A DNA stretch of 64,000 nt from Octopus vulgaris (GCA_951406725.2 OX597822.1:45570001-45634000), one strand, 5' to 3'; counted from the stretch's first letter, positions 13,234 through 25,953 are shown. Notes: generated by a model from the letters alone, not told the origin. Made by a program: numbers and translations.

Positions 13234-14591
13234 TTTGTATACATACAAAAATTATAAGCTTCCATATGTATGCATACATACGTATATGAATCAATGATCT
13301 GGTAGGATTTGTACAAATGGCCTAATGACCGATGGTGTTGGCCTTTCGGTTAAAGCTTTGTCAGTTCGTATCCAGCCCACAAGAGACGTGCTCTATGTCA
13401 ATAACTCATGCTTTTCCAGTTATCGCCAGCGTAGGGAAGGAGGAACAGAATGAGAGAAAAAGAATCCGTCAACAATCTGCCATTTGGCAAGACATTAAAT
13501 CACTTCTAAAGTTCACTGTTCAGCGTGGGCGGTCGAAAGATCTAGAACCATTAAAGCGGTGTGGCGTATGTTTTTGCTTTTTGTTTTGTTTTTTACTTAA
13601 CCAGAACTGTGTTTGCTAGAAGTAAAGTACTGAGATTGAGAGCTGGTTAAGACCTTATTGGCATGACTGTGCGAATCACATGGTTCCGGGTTCAGTCCCA
13701 CTGCTTGGCACTTCGGGTGTCTTCAACTATAAACGCAGGCCGCTCAAAGCCAGTGTGAGTGGATTTCAGGAATGAAAACTAGAAGAAGCCCCGTCTCACT
13801 TCCCAATCACATGGTTCGGATTCAGTCCCACTGCTTGGCACCTTGGGTAAGTGTTTTCAACTATAACTGCAGGCCGCTCAAAGCCCGTGTGAGTGTATTT
13901 CAGGAATGAAAACTGAAATAAGCCCCGTCGTAGCTGAGTTGTAAGAAGCTCGCTTCCAAACCATATAGTTATGGGTTCAGTCCCATTGAGTGGTACCTGG
14001 ACAAGAGTCTTCTGCTATGGCCAAGGGCCGACTAAATCTTATGAATGGATTTACTAGACGGATAAACACTGTCGTGCATATATATGTGTGTCTGTCTGTC
14101 CCACACCACCGCTTGATAACCGGTGATGGTGTGTTCACGTCCTCGTAACTTAGTTGTTCGGTAAAAATGACCGATATGGTATGTACCAGGCTTTAAAATA
14201 AGTACTGGGATCGATTTGTTCGATTAAACCTTTGAACGTGAAACTCCAGCATGGCCGCAGTCCAATGAAAGATAAAAAGCAAATGGGTATGGTCTCTTGT
14301 TTTCGTGAAACAAAACAGTCTGGACATTTTTTAAATGTTAGAAAGCACTATCTTCACATTGTTATTATTCAACTTAGTATTGACAGCTATAGGAGCTCAA
14401 ACAGGCAGGCTTCCGCACAGTTTCTGTTTACCACATTCACTCATATTGGTCGACGCGAGGCTATAGTAGAAGACGCTTACCCAAGGTGCCATGCAGTGGA
14501 ACTGAACACGAAATCACGTGATTGCAATACGTGTTTCTTGACCACACAGCCATGCCTGCGCTTATATTTATATTTATCTACATACTGCTAT

Positions 14592-14720
14592 GAAGGCGCG
14601 TGGCTTAGTGGTTAGGGCATTCTGTTCACGATCGTAAGGTTGTGAGTTCAATTCCCGGCGACGCATTGTGTCCTTGAGCAAGATATTTTATTTCACGTTA
14701 CTCCATTCCACTTAGTCTGA
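14592..14720 (+). mobile_element. SINE family D head (tRNA-like, then gtgtccttgagcaag core)
   Basis: tggcttagtggttagggc...gagttcaattccc. Related copies at 18710-18930 (-) and 24825-24950 (+). Confidence 0.7.
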
Positions 14721-14962
14721 ACACAGTTGATTTCTTCCAGAAGGTAAGTAAGAGAGAAAAATCGACCCTGTTACATGACTGGTACTTTATTATTTATCGA
14801 CCGCGAAATAATGCAAGACAAGATCGTTGTGTATAGCACGTTCTTTGACGCGGAGGTAAGGGGTTTGGCCTTGATTCCATGCATACTAAATACAATTTCT
14901 TTCAAGGGTTTATATGCCCTAAAATGTAACTATATATATAATCAATATACGGTGAAGGCTTA

Positions 14963-15026
<64 letters not shown>

Positions 15027-17362
15027 CATACATACACACACACATAGTGAGAGAGAAAGGTAATGTTGAGTTCGGGGTTATCAACCACTCCTATATACAT
15101 GTATATATATTGACTGTATTGTACTCGGGCTTACCAGCTACCACTTGAGATATATATATATATAGGATATGTGGTGTTCGTGGTTACCAATTGTCTCTGA
15201 ATATCTCTACGGACAGATAGATAGATAGATACAGGGAGAGTTTTCAGGGTTATCAACTCGATATTTGAGCTGGAATGTCCTGACAAACCGCGTAAAATCC
15301 CGACCCCCCACAGGTGGCCAGTTACGTCCCGACTTCACACGTTGTGGGAAAAAATTGATTTATTAATTTTGAAAGTGGAGAATATTTAATATTCTACACA
15401 AAAAAAAAAGATAATTACATTGCTTTAATAGCAACAATTTAATTATCGGAATTGGTAATTCGTTGTGTCTACATGCCATTGTTCCTGTTAACAACGAAAA
15501 TAAGGCTCTAATTGTATAAGTCCATCCATTCATTATAATTAAGTTTAATTAGCAAAAAAACTATATCAGGATAGAGCGTGTTGTGATATCATCACACATT
15601 GCCTGCATGGAATTAAAAATGTGTCTGGAATCATATTATTATTATTATTATTACATTATTACTATCGTTGTTGTTTTTTCCTATCTGACAGATATAAAAA
15701 TTGCAGTTAATTATTTTCCATGGAAAACAGTAATTCAATGACGGTTATTTGATAAAGATCAGCTCAAAAAAATAATGCTTGCCTCCTCCAATTCTTTTAT
15801 TTCTTTTTAGGCCCATTCTAATAGGTATGTTTTAACTGATTTTTGTACAGAAATTTATGATTTAATCTTATTTAAGTTCTTTTTGCGTGTGTAAATTTTA
15901 AAAAGAGCGCTTCCGGTTTAAGATTAAATTCTAAAAGCACATGTAGAGGATTTTAAAAGAAAATTCAAATGATGAAGACTGTTTCGTTTCTACTCCGTTT
16001 ATAACTATCATGGCGGTTTCGTTTAGCGGCTTGACTTTGTGAGAATTAACGAGATTTTTACAGGTGATATTTTCTAGCTCTATCCCCAAATTTTGATTTT
16101 ATTTTCTAACTTAGGTATTCCATTATCGACGCTGAAACTAATTTAAACAGGTATGATATTTAACTACCTGTTTTGTTTTGTTTTTTACGAAAATTTAACG
16201 TGAAATACATTTTTGCGATCAGTAAAAATGTTTTTTAAAAAGAAAGCCTATCCTTTTCAAGATTGCATCATGAAAACATTCGCTGTTATTATTAACTATA
16301 TCTTCTAATGACAAGGAAGCTTCTTATCATTTTATTCTTCACTCGGTTTTACAGCCATTACGAAGATTTGATTTACCTGTGAATTTTCTGAGCTTTCCGC
16401 TAATTTACGAGATTTTAAAGCAGCGATTTTCCAGCTCAGTACCTAAACTTCGCTTTTTTCCAATTTGTATACGTAATTATTGAAAGCAGCCTTTGTAAAC
16501 TAATAATAAATAATTTACAGTCAGTTTAGTTTTGAATTAATAATGCTCACCTAAAAAAAACTAATGATCCCTAGAACCGTTACATAAATTTTCTATGAAC
16601 TGAGATCAGTCTGATTTAAATTGTGAGCTGTAAAAAGTTCAATTAAAATTTTCAAATATAAAAAACCGTGATAAATCTAATTACACGTTAAGTATGTTGA
16701 TATAATATTAGTAGTGTTATCAAGTACTTCGATTAAACTTATTTTGCATATGGTCCATTATATTATAACAACGGAAATTAAGGCAAGAACGCCATTTTTA
16801 CGAACTCAATTACGTTTCAGCTGCCATGTGATTTTTTTTTTTTTTTTTACATTTATGGAATTAATTAAAAAACACTCCACAAGAAAGTGTGCTGTGTGTG
16901 CTATTGATACTCCGTTGAATTAATTCTTGAGGGTGAAACTGGAAATATAGTAACATCTTTTGCGTTTCTTCGTTTTTTTTTTCACTTCTTTCAGTCATTG
17001 AATAGCAGCCCCAGTACATTTTTTTGTAAGCTTGGTACTTATCATTTTCTACTCTAGGCACAAGGCCCGAAATTTGGGGGGGAGGGGCCAGTCGATTAGA
17101 TTGACCCCAGTACGCAACTGGTACTTAATTTATCGCCCCCCTCCCCCCGAAGGGATGAAAGGCAAAGTCGACCTCGGCAAAATTTGAACTCAGAACGTAA
17201 AGACAGACGAAATACCACTAAGCATTTCGCCCGGCGTGCTAACGATTGTGCCAGCTCGTACTCATTCTATCGATTTGTTTTTGTCGAAACGCTAAATTAC
17301 GGAGACATAAACAAACCAAGACTGGTTGTCACACAGTAGGGGGAGATAACCCCCAACACACA

Positions 17363-17432
<70 letters not shown>

Positions 17433-17565
17433 AGGGTAATCTGAAAAGAACACTGGTTGTTATATATATATATATATATATATAAGGGTAATCTGAAAAG
17501 AACACTGGTTGTCACACAGTGGGAGGGAGACACCACACACACACTCACAGATATATATACATATA

Positions 17566-18298
17566 TCAGGGTAGTCACAAAAATAAGATCTCCAAAGCGC
17601 TGGGGACGTAGGAAAACTGTGCATGCGGCTATTAGCAACACTGTTGTGTTTGTGGTGCATGCGCCTGCTCCTGAAAGCGCCTTGCTACCATGTTCAGTCT
17701 TAGCTTGGCAGTCGTATCTGATGGAGCTCCCGACTGACATTACCGCTAAGTGTGAAGTTCGCGCAGTTATTCAGTTTTTGAACGCAAAAGGCATTAAACC
17801 AAATGAAATTCATCGGCAATCAACGCATTTTGATTCCTGGGGTTTCCCGAAGCACCCTTCATAGGATTTTGCGTGAAAAGTAGCCATATCGGAAGGTTTG
17901 TGCAATATGGTTGCCCGAATGCTCACAGAAGACCATAAATGGCAAGAAAGACAATAAATGGGACATCATCACCCACCCACCTTATAGTCCAGACTTGGCA
18001 CCCAGTAACTACCACCTGTTCCCTAAGTTGAAAGAATATTTGGCCAGAACACGCTTCAACAACGACGGCGAGGTGAAAGATGAGGTTCAACGCTTCTTCA
18101 ACGACATGGCGGTGAGCTGGTATGACACGGGCATACAAAATCTGCCACAGCTCCTACTAAAATGCATCGAGCAAAATGGTGACTATGTAGAAAAATAGAT
18201 AAATGTTCAAACTTTAAAATGATGTAAACATCATTGACAATGAACGTTTCTGAGATTTCTAAATAGTTTTGGAGACCTTACTTTTGGAATTACCCTCG
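17566..18298 (+). mobile_element. Internally deleted mariner transposon with both TIRs
   Basis: N-terminus EVRAVIQFLNAKGIKPNEIHRQ; C-terminus HPPYSPDLAPSNYHLFPKLKE...CIEQNGDYVEK*. TIRs cagggtagtcacaaaaataagatctcca / tggagaccttacttttggaattaccctcg. Confidence 0.92.
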
Positions 18299-18319
18299 TG
18301 TATATATATATATATGCAT

Positions 18320-18690
18320 GCGCCATGATAGATCGTTAGCCACTACACACATTTTTTTTTCTCTCCTTGTTTCTCTCCTTGTTTTTTCTGTGTCCCTTTC
18401 TGTAAAAGAGCGTAGGCTCGAAACGTAAAAGACTTTTTCTATTCCTGAGCGTTAAACTAATACATCTGTTTGTTTTGTACACCACCTGTCTTCGTCTTTT
18501 GTTGTTGTTTTTTTTCGTAAACTCTCCCTATATATATATAGGGAGTTAGAATTTACAAAAAAAAACAAAAGACGAAGACAGGTGGTGTACAAAACAAACA
18601 GATGTATTAGTTTAACGCTCGGAAGTGAGAAAGTCTTTTACGTTTCGAGCCTACGCTCTTCAACACAAAGGAACACAGAAATAAACAGGC
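18320..18690. mobile_element. Tail-to-tail pair of PLE pLTR 3' ends around a (TA)n centre
   Basis: About 18385-18530 and 18541-18690 are reverse complements. Both match the 3' end of the PLE at 34975-35170. Confidence 0.8.
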
Positions 18691-20383
18691 AGAGAATATA
18701 TATATATACACGTGTACCCTTAATGTAGTTCTCGGGGTAATTCAGCATGACACAGAGTGTGACAAGGGTGCTCCTTTGAAATAAAGTTACTGCTCAACTT
18801 TTGCCAGCTGGATGGACTGGAGCAATGTGAAATAAAGTTTCTTGCTCAAGGACACAATGCGCTGCCGGGAATCGAACCCACAACCTTATGATTGTGAGCC
18901 GAATACCCGAACCACTAAGCTAAGCGCGTTTGTAAGATGAATCGAAGTGTTGAGAGAAGCAAAATAGACGAACTCTGGCAGTTTGTGTTCGACCTTTCTT
19001 CGGGCTGTTAGAATTATTAACGCGTCGAACAAAATGCTTTGCGGCATTTCTGCTGGCTCTAAACGTTCGGAGTTCAAATCCCGCTGAGGTCAACTTTGTC
19101 TTTCATCTCTTCCAGATCGATAAAATAAAGTACCAGTCAAGTCCTAGAGGCAGTGATACGATCAACTTGTCCTGCTCCCTCAAAATTACTAGCCTTGAAT
19201 TCTGCAACGGACCGAGGTTCTGTTCAGGTATTGGAGGGGGTGTTGTGGTCTTGCTCACTTACACGCCATAGAAACCGCGTAATCGACTTGAAGAACTCCT
19301 TGGATTAAAGAAGAAGAAAGAAACCGATGAATGAGTAAGGAGGATAGATGTATAAACTGATCAATCGTGGTGAGTTAGATGTTAAGGGGTCTGTCTCGGA
19401 GAAGAATATAGCTATTTGCTTATTACGAAAACGATTAACAGATAAGAGGAGAGCATAAAGACCACTACTTCGCATATCTCTCAACCTTAGTGTTTTTCTA
19501 ACATCGTGCGTACAATGTCCTAAGAAATGTGATTAACAAGAAAAGTCAGTTTGGAAATACATCATCGCTGCTCTTAACACTCCTTTCCTAAAAAAAAACG
19601 TCTTCGTTATGTTCTTACCACCACCACTTCCGCAGCCACCACCACCTTTTCTTTATCTATTTTCCACAAATTGCTTGCGACAACAGCAATAAGAACGTCA
19701 TGGAGAACAACAAGAATAATGGTAAAGGTAATAGCAGCAGGAATGGCAGCAGAACCAACGGCAAAAGCAGCAGCAGGAAACCTTTTAGCTTATCATCAGA
19801 ACGGAGAAGAAGACCAAGGAGTTGGTGCCAAGTTCATGCAATTACGTAGAACATATGAAGAAAGTTTATTACTTGGAATTGGCTGATCAACAATTGGATG
19901 GTAATAGGAGTGGCGGGAGGAGAGATGTAGTGGTATGCGGGGGGAAAGGCGAGGGGTAGAGGCGAGGAGTATGGGAACGGAGAGGACGATAGAAAGTGTA
20001 GAACAAAGGTAGAGAGGAACATTGTAGGACGAAATATATAGAAAGAATGGCAGAGATGATATCTAGAGAGAACCAGATGCTGAGAGAGAGAATATGTATA
20101 TAATACATATAAATAAATGGATATATGTATATATAAATAGATGGATATACATGTGTGTGTGTGTATTCTTTCTTTTGTTTCAGTCATTTGACTGCGGCCA
20201 TGCTGGAGCACCGCCTTTAGTCGAACAAATCGACCCCAGGACTTATTCTTTGTAAGCTTAGTACTTGTTCTATCGGTTTCTTTTGCCGAACCGCTAACTT
20301 ACGGGGACGTAAACACACCGGCATCAGTTGTCAAGCGATGTTAGGGGGACAAACATAGACACACAAACATACACACACACACA

Positions 20384-20437
<54 letters not shown>

Positions 20438-21176
20438 GATAAGAGTAAATAATTTCTATAAAGGCTTTTAAAAAAACCCAATTATTTACTGGTAGAATTC
20501 GGTATGTAAATATAGCCGATTACCGGCAGGAACTTCTGACCGTAAAGTTCAGTATATATTCACATATATATAAGAAAAAGTCTGGCGGGGACAGGCAAAA
20601 CAGGTTGCTTGACCGCACCTTCTGACCATGCGACATCAAAAATAGAAATAGCAGTCAGAGAATGCATTACTTATTTCTATCAAAAGTTAAGGACTAAAAC
20701 CCCAATTATTTACTGGGCATGACAGACCCTGCAATTCACATATGCTTATTTCTATCAAAAAACAGAAGGAATAGATAACGAATACGAAGTCTGGCGGTTA
20801 TCTGTGAACATCATGTTTCTGGATTATAAACATATTGAATATATATTCCATATATTTTTTATATATATTTCATATATGTTGCGTATATATTTCACTTCCT
20901 TCTTCAGCACAGCTTTCCATTGAAAAAGATTTATCATAGATTTATCAAATGCTACGTACCTCAAACCTTCTGACCATGCGACATCAAAATATTTGAAGAA
21001 AGTGAGCAAAGGCTAAACCTACATAGACGTTTGAATTCATAAATCTTCCCTCCAAAATTTTGCCATGCGCATTACAGTTAGGTTGTCAAAGGGAGTGAAA
21101 AATCCAAATAGTAATATAATGATAGGGTCTGTCATGCCCGGAGTCCAACTTTGATAGAAATAAGCATTCTTGACTG

Positions 21177-21209
<33 letters not shown>

Positions 21210-21210
<1 letters not shown>

Positions 21211-21930
21211 GGTAGCAACAGAAAAGATGAATTTCGATTATCTCCACGTGGTGAATTGTAATGTATATAAGAAATTAAAAAAGGAAAATACGCACACTTA
21301 CATAGTTTTAATATAATTTTTAATATATCGACCGGTTTCGCTATCGCTATTCATGATATTATGTTTTACTTATTTGAATAAGTATTTTTTCTTCAGAAGA
21401 AATTTTGTCCATGTTGTGTGTGATGAAATTCACGTGTGAATGACTTCACAAGTAGATAAATAAAAGGGAGGTAATTGGTTATCGTTATTATTGTTATTGT
21501 TGTGGGTAAGGGAGATAACTGTTCAGCTTTCGGTAATGGGGGGAGAATATATATGTACAAAAACAAGTTTCGAAAACCTTGTTTGGTGAGGGGATTTATG
21601 TACAGTGATGTAATCGTGAATTGAAATATGTAAAAAGATAAAAGTTGGTTATGCGTGCATATTAAGACGTGTTCTGTATTTTTCAATGAAAAAAGTTTCT
21701 TTATTTAAACGTTCTAGTGGGGATATTGTGTCTCTGCACTGGTAGAAGGGGAAGACTGTGAAATTCGGTTTGATGTTATCTGCACATTTTTCTATATGTT
21801 CACTGAGAGGAATTTGCCTGTATTGCGGGAAACGGATTTGCCCTTTATGTAGAGTGGTGATTCTCTTTCTTAAGGTCATACTCGTTTGTCCAATATAGTT
21901 GTATCCGCAACCCGAGCAGGTTATTACAAG
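21210..21930 (-). mobile_element. Penelope-like element 3' fragment: GIY-YIG endonuclease plus pLTR
   Basis: LVITCSGCGYNYIGQTSMTLRKR...H...PLSEHIEKC...ERLNKETFFIEKYRTRLN* (21649-21930); ends at (TA)n. Confidence 0.88.
21325..21359 (-). ncRNA. Minimal type-I hammerhead ribozyme motif with A3-U8 core variant
   Basis: Minus strand: atatc-ATGAATA-gc gata gc-GAAAC cg GTC-gatat. Perfect 5-bp stem I, GUC cleavage triplet, about 290 nt downstream of the GIY-YIG stop. Confidence 0.7.
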
Positions 21931-23720
21931 ATAGGACCCCTCTTCCAAAAGGATGGCTCCCTCACAGATAGTCCAGCTAGGATCAGGGAGGTACAGAATT
22001 ACCAGTTTAAAAGTGTCTTTGCCATCCTGTTGGAACACAGATGAGTGAACGAACCAGTGGACTTCTTTGCTGCCTCACCTATAACCAGCAAGGCAGTTAC
22101 GATGGAATACATCGACATTAGCGAAGATATGTTACTAGCCATAAAGAGGTGGACGCAAACTCAGCTGCTGGTCCTGATGGTTTCCCAGCAATCCTTCTCA
22201 AATCGTGTAAGCATGCCCTGGCGAAACCTCTACAGATTCTCTTCCAGAGCTTTCTTGCAAATGGCAGACTGCCAAGTAAGCTGAAGGAGGGAATAACATG
22301 ACCAATCCATAAAGGGGGAATCAGAGCAGATGCCAAAAACTATCGGCCTATCTCTCTGACTTCACACATCAGCAAAGTTGTGGAAAGGATAGTCAGAAGG
22401 AAACTAATAGCATTCCTTGATGAAAATAATTTGCTGAGTGATATCCAGCATGGTTTTCGACCAGGTAGGAGCTGCCTATCCCAGCTTTTACAGCACTATG
22501 ATTGGGTGTTGAGGCAGTTACTCAACAACTCAAATGTGGATGTAATATACCTTGACTTTGCAAAAGCTTTTGATAAAGTGGATCATGGTATGATATGCCA
22601 CAAACTGCGTGATCTCGGCATAGCTGGAAGACTGGAGAGTGGTTACATGACTTTCTGAAAGATAGAAGTCAGGCAGTAGTGGCTAATGGAGCCAACTCTA
22701 TAAAAACACAGATAGTGAGTGATGTTGCACAGTCTTGTGACCACTGCTTTTCATGGTAGCCCTCTCAGGTATGCCCTCAACTGCCTAGATAGCCACTCTT
22801 GCAAGCTACGCAGACGAAACGAAAGTCTCGCAGAAAATACAGAACTGCACACCTGCAGCAGGAGTTAGACTCAATTTACAGATCGGCTGAGGATAACAAT
22901 ATGCAGTTTAATGCTGAAAAATTCCAAGCCCTGCGCTACCAGCATCCAAAACTGAATATAAAACTTACAGGATAATCTGGTCCACAGGGGATTACAATCC
23001 CAGAGCCTAAATCAGTGAGGGACCTGGGTATTGACATGAGTGATGATACCCCTTTCCAAGTGCACCTCACCATGATGGCGACAAAGTGCAGACAACTGGC
23101 TGGGTGGATCCTGAGAGCCTTCAGAACCAGAGAGAAGGAAGTCATGATGGATTACTGCTCCTAACTGTGGTCACCCAACAGTGTAAAATTAACAGTGAAA
23201 CTTGAAGCAATCCAGCGAAGATTCACAACAATGTCGTCTCATTGCAACAGCTCAGCTCCTGGGAAAGGTTGAAACATCTAAGCCTCTACTCTCTGGAGCG
23301 AAGGCGGGAGAGTTATGCAGTAATATACATCTGGAGAATCTGGTAGGAGTTTTGCCAAATTTCGGCATTGAAAGCTACACCAATGCCAGGACGGGGCGAC
23401 ACTGAACAGTGCTAAAGATCCCAGCATTGCCATCGCACTTCAGGAACAGTTACTGCAACAGGCCTGGGTTTCGGAGGTCCACAGATTTTTAATATTCTCC
23501 CAAAGAGCCTGATGTAAGTGTTTTCAAATAAAAACTGGGCCTCTTCCTGTCGAGAGTCCCAGATGAACCTACCTCACGGCAAGAGGTGCAAATGAGGGTA
23601 GCTACATCAAACTTCATTCTTCACCAAATGCCACATATTAGAGGAAGCTCTCAGTAATAACAGTGTAGCGAAACGGCGGTGTCCCAGCATGGCCACAGCT
23701 CTGAGCTGAATCAATAGAAA
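21931..23720 (+). mobile_element. 5'-truncated CR1/Jockey-group LINE, RT pseudogene with 3' tail (related to 1-494)
   Basis: [70 protein letters not shown] and VRDLGI, with frameshifts. Confidence 0.93.
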
Positions 23721-25209
23721 AAAAAGCGAATATATATACACGATGCAAAGCGCGTTGTGTCAGCAAGGTTTAACAACATGCAATATGCTGGTTGATCACA
23801 TGATTGTGGGGGGCGGGTGCGCGTGCTTCTAAGAGAGAGAGAAAGATAGAAATCAAGATCAGTTGGCACGGATAAATACGGGTTGATGTTGCGAAAAAAG
23901 AAATGCAAAATATACAAGAAATCAGGGGAAAGAAAGAAAGGAGGCAGGACAAAAAGTCGTCAAGTCGCCAGTTTTATGACGATGGAAGCGGTATGGTGGT
24001 GAAGATGATAGCATCATCGTGACAAAGGAAACAAGATAAAGAAAACAGACCGACCGACAAACAGACAGACGAGATAAAAGCAATATCTCCGTTTACATAG
24101 GAGCGTATCAGATAGACGATGCTGAGATAATTGATTCGCTGTGTGATAACTGATAGATTAGCCTGCCTTGTGATATAACTATGAATAAGGAACAACATGT
24201 CTTCCTTTCGACTAGGACGATCTTCGCTAGTTACTATGACAACAGGGGAGATAACACGGTCGCCAACACAAGCGATTGATAAACTTGTAACAATGAATAG
24301 AAACATTTAGTGTTCGAAGTTGGCTTTGTATGGTGGAATTGTTGTTTAAACTCGGATCAGTGTAAATCCTGTAGCCTGATGATGAGAGACAAACCAGTTA
24401 TGACCATCCTGTCTTTATATCTTTGATCTTTTACTTGTTTCGCTCGTTGAACTATGTCCATACTGGGGCAACGCCGTAAAGGGTTTAGTCGAACAAATCG
24501 ACCCCTATATCTATTTTAAAGTCTGGTGCCTATTCTTCGGGTCTCTTTCGCAGAAATACTAAGTTACGAGGAGTAAACAAACGAACACAGATTGTCAAGT
24601 GGTGGAAGGGGGAACAAAAAAAAAGATAGGCACACATGTATATATTTGATGGGTTTCCATACAGCTTTCGACAACCAACTTCACTCGCAAGGCATTGGTC
24701 GACCCAAAGCCACACTAGAAGACACTTGCCCAAAGTGCCACGCAATGGGACTGAAACCGAAAGTACGGGATCACAAAGCGAGCTCCTTAACCACAGAGCC
24801 ATACCTCTAGAACAACCTTATCTAAAGTGTCCTTAGTGGTTAGGAAACGGGGCTCATGAGCGATATGTCTTGGGTTCGATTCCTTGACTAGGCAATGAAT
24901 TATGTCCTTGAGCAAGACGCTTCATCTTACGCTGATCCATATATCTCAACTGAAAATTAATAACAATGGCAGCTAGAGAGTTAACTCTACAAAGGACAGG
25001 CATCCTTTCCAGGGTAACCAATCTTGTGTTTTCAGCTGCTTAAATAACCCCCGGAAAACAGGAAGAACGCCGACCTAATGGACATGTTGGCTCCAAACTT
25101 AAAGATTGTTGCGTGCCTTTAGAGGTATTTGGCTGGTGTTTCTAGCTAATTCGGTTATCGCATTAAAAGTACCTCTTTGGTTCGTATGTGTGTATGTACG
25201 GATTCATGG

Positions 25210-25735
25210 AACGTAAAGACAGACGAAATACCTATTTCTTTACTATCCACAGGGAGCTAAATACAGAAGGTACAAACAAGGACAGACAAATGGATTAAGT
25301 CGATTATATCGACTCCAGTGCGTAACTGGTACTTATTTCATCAACCCTGCAAGGATGAAAGGCAAAGTCGACCTCGGCGGAATTTGAACTCAGAACGTAG
25401 CGGCAGACGAAATACCACTAAGCATTTCTTTACTATCCACAAGGGGCTAAACACAGAGAGGACAAACAAGGACATACAAAAGGATTAAGTAGATTACATC
25501 GACCCCAGTGCGTAACTGGTACTTAATTTGTCGACCCCGAAAGGATGAAAGGCAAAGTCGACCTCGGCGGAATTTGAACTCAGAACGTAACGGCAGACAA
25601 AATACCGCTAAGCATTTCGCCCGGCGTGCTAACGTTTCTGCCAGCTCGCCCGCCGCCTTTCACGTAACGGCAGACGAAATACGGCTACGCATTTCGCCTG
25701 GCGTGCTAACGTTTCTGCCAGCTCGCCGCCTTTAG
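25210..25735 (-). mobile_element. Tandem array of SINE family B units
   Basis: Repeated core plus linker (ggacaaacaaggacagacaaa) units ending in head sequence. Confidence 0.85.
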
Positions 25736-25953
25736 GAACTGACGATAATATCACCGTTGAGATAACCTTTATTCTATCGACCCTGTCAACAATAAGTGCA
25801 GGCATGGCTGTGTGGTTAAGCTTTGCAGCCATGTGGTTTCAGTTTCAGTCCCACCGCGCGGAACTTTGAATAAGTGACTTTTATTGCAGCTGAATGAATT
25901 TGGGAGATGGAGACTGTGTGGAAGCCCGTGGTGTAAGAGTTTGTGTGTGTGTA

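Noticed and set aside
13332-13619. 95-aa ORF in unique-looking sequence
   Set aside because: No recognisable motif or supporting splice structure; cannot be supported without a database search.
20878-20913. Minus-strand tgtg-CTGAAGA-aggaagt-GAAA-tata-TA-cgca hammerhead-like string
   Set aside because: Stem II is only 1 bp and stem III is AT-only; plausible by chance. Kept as an unconfirmed possibility.
25508-25735. Recurring peptide RNWYLIYRPRKDERQSRPRRNLNSER in many ORFs
   Set aside because: Antisense translation of SINE family B, not a protein family.
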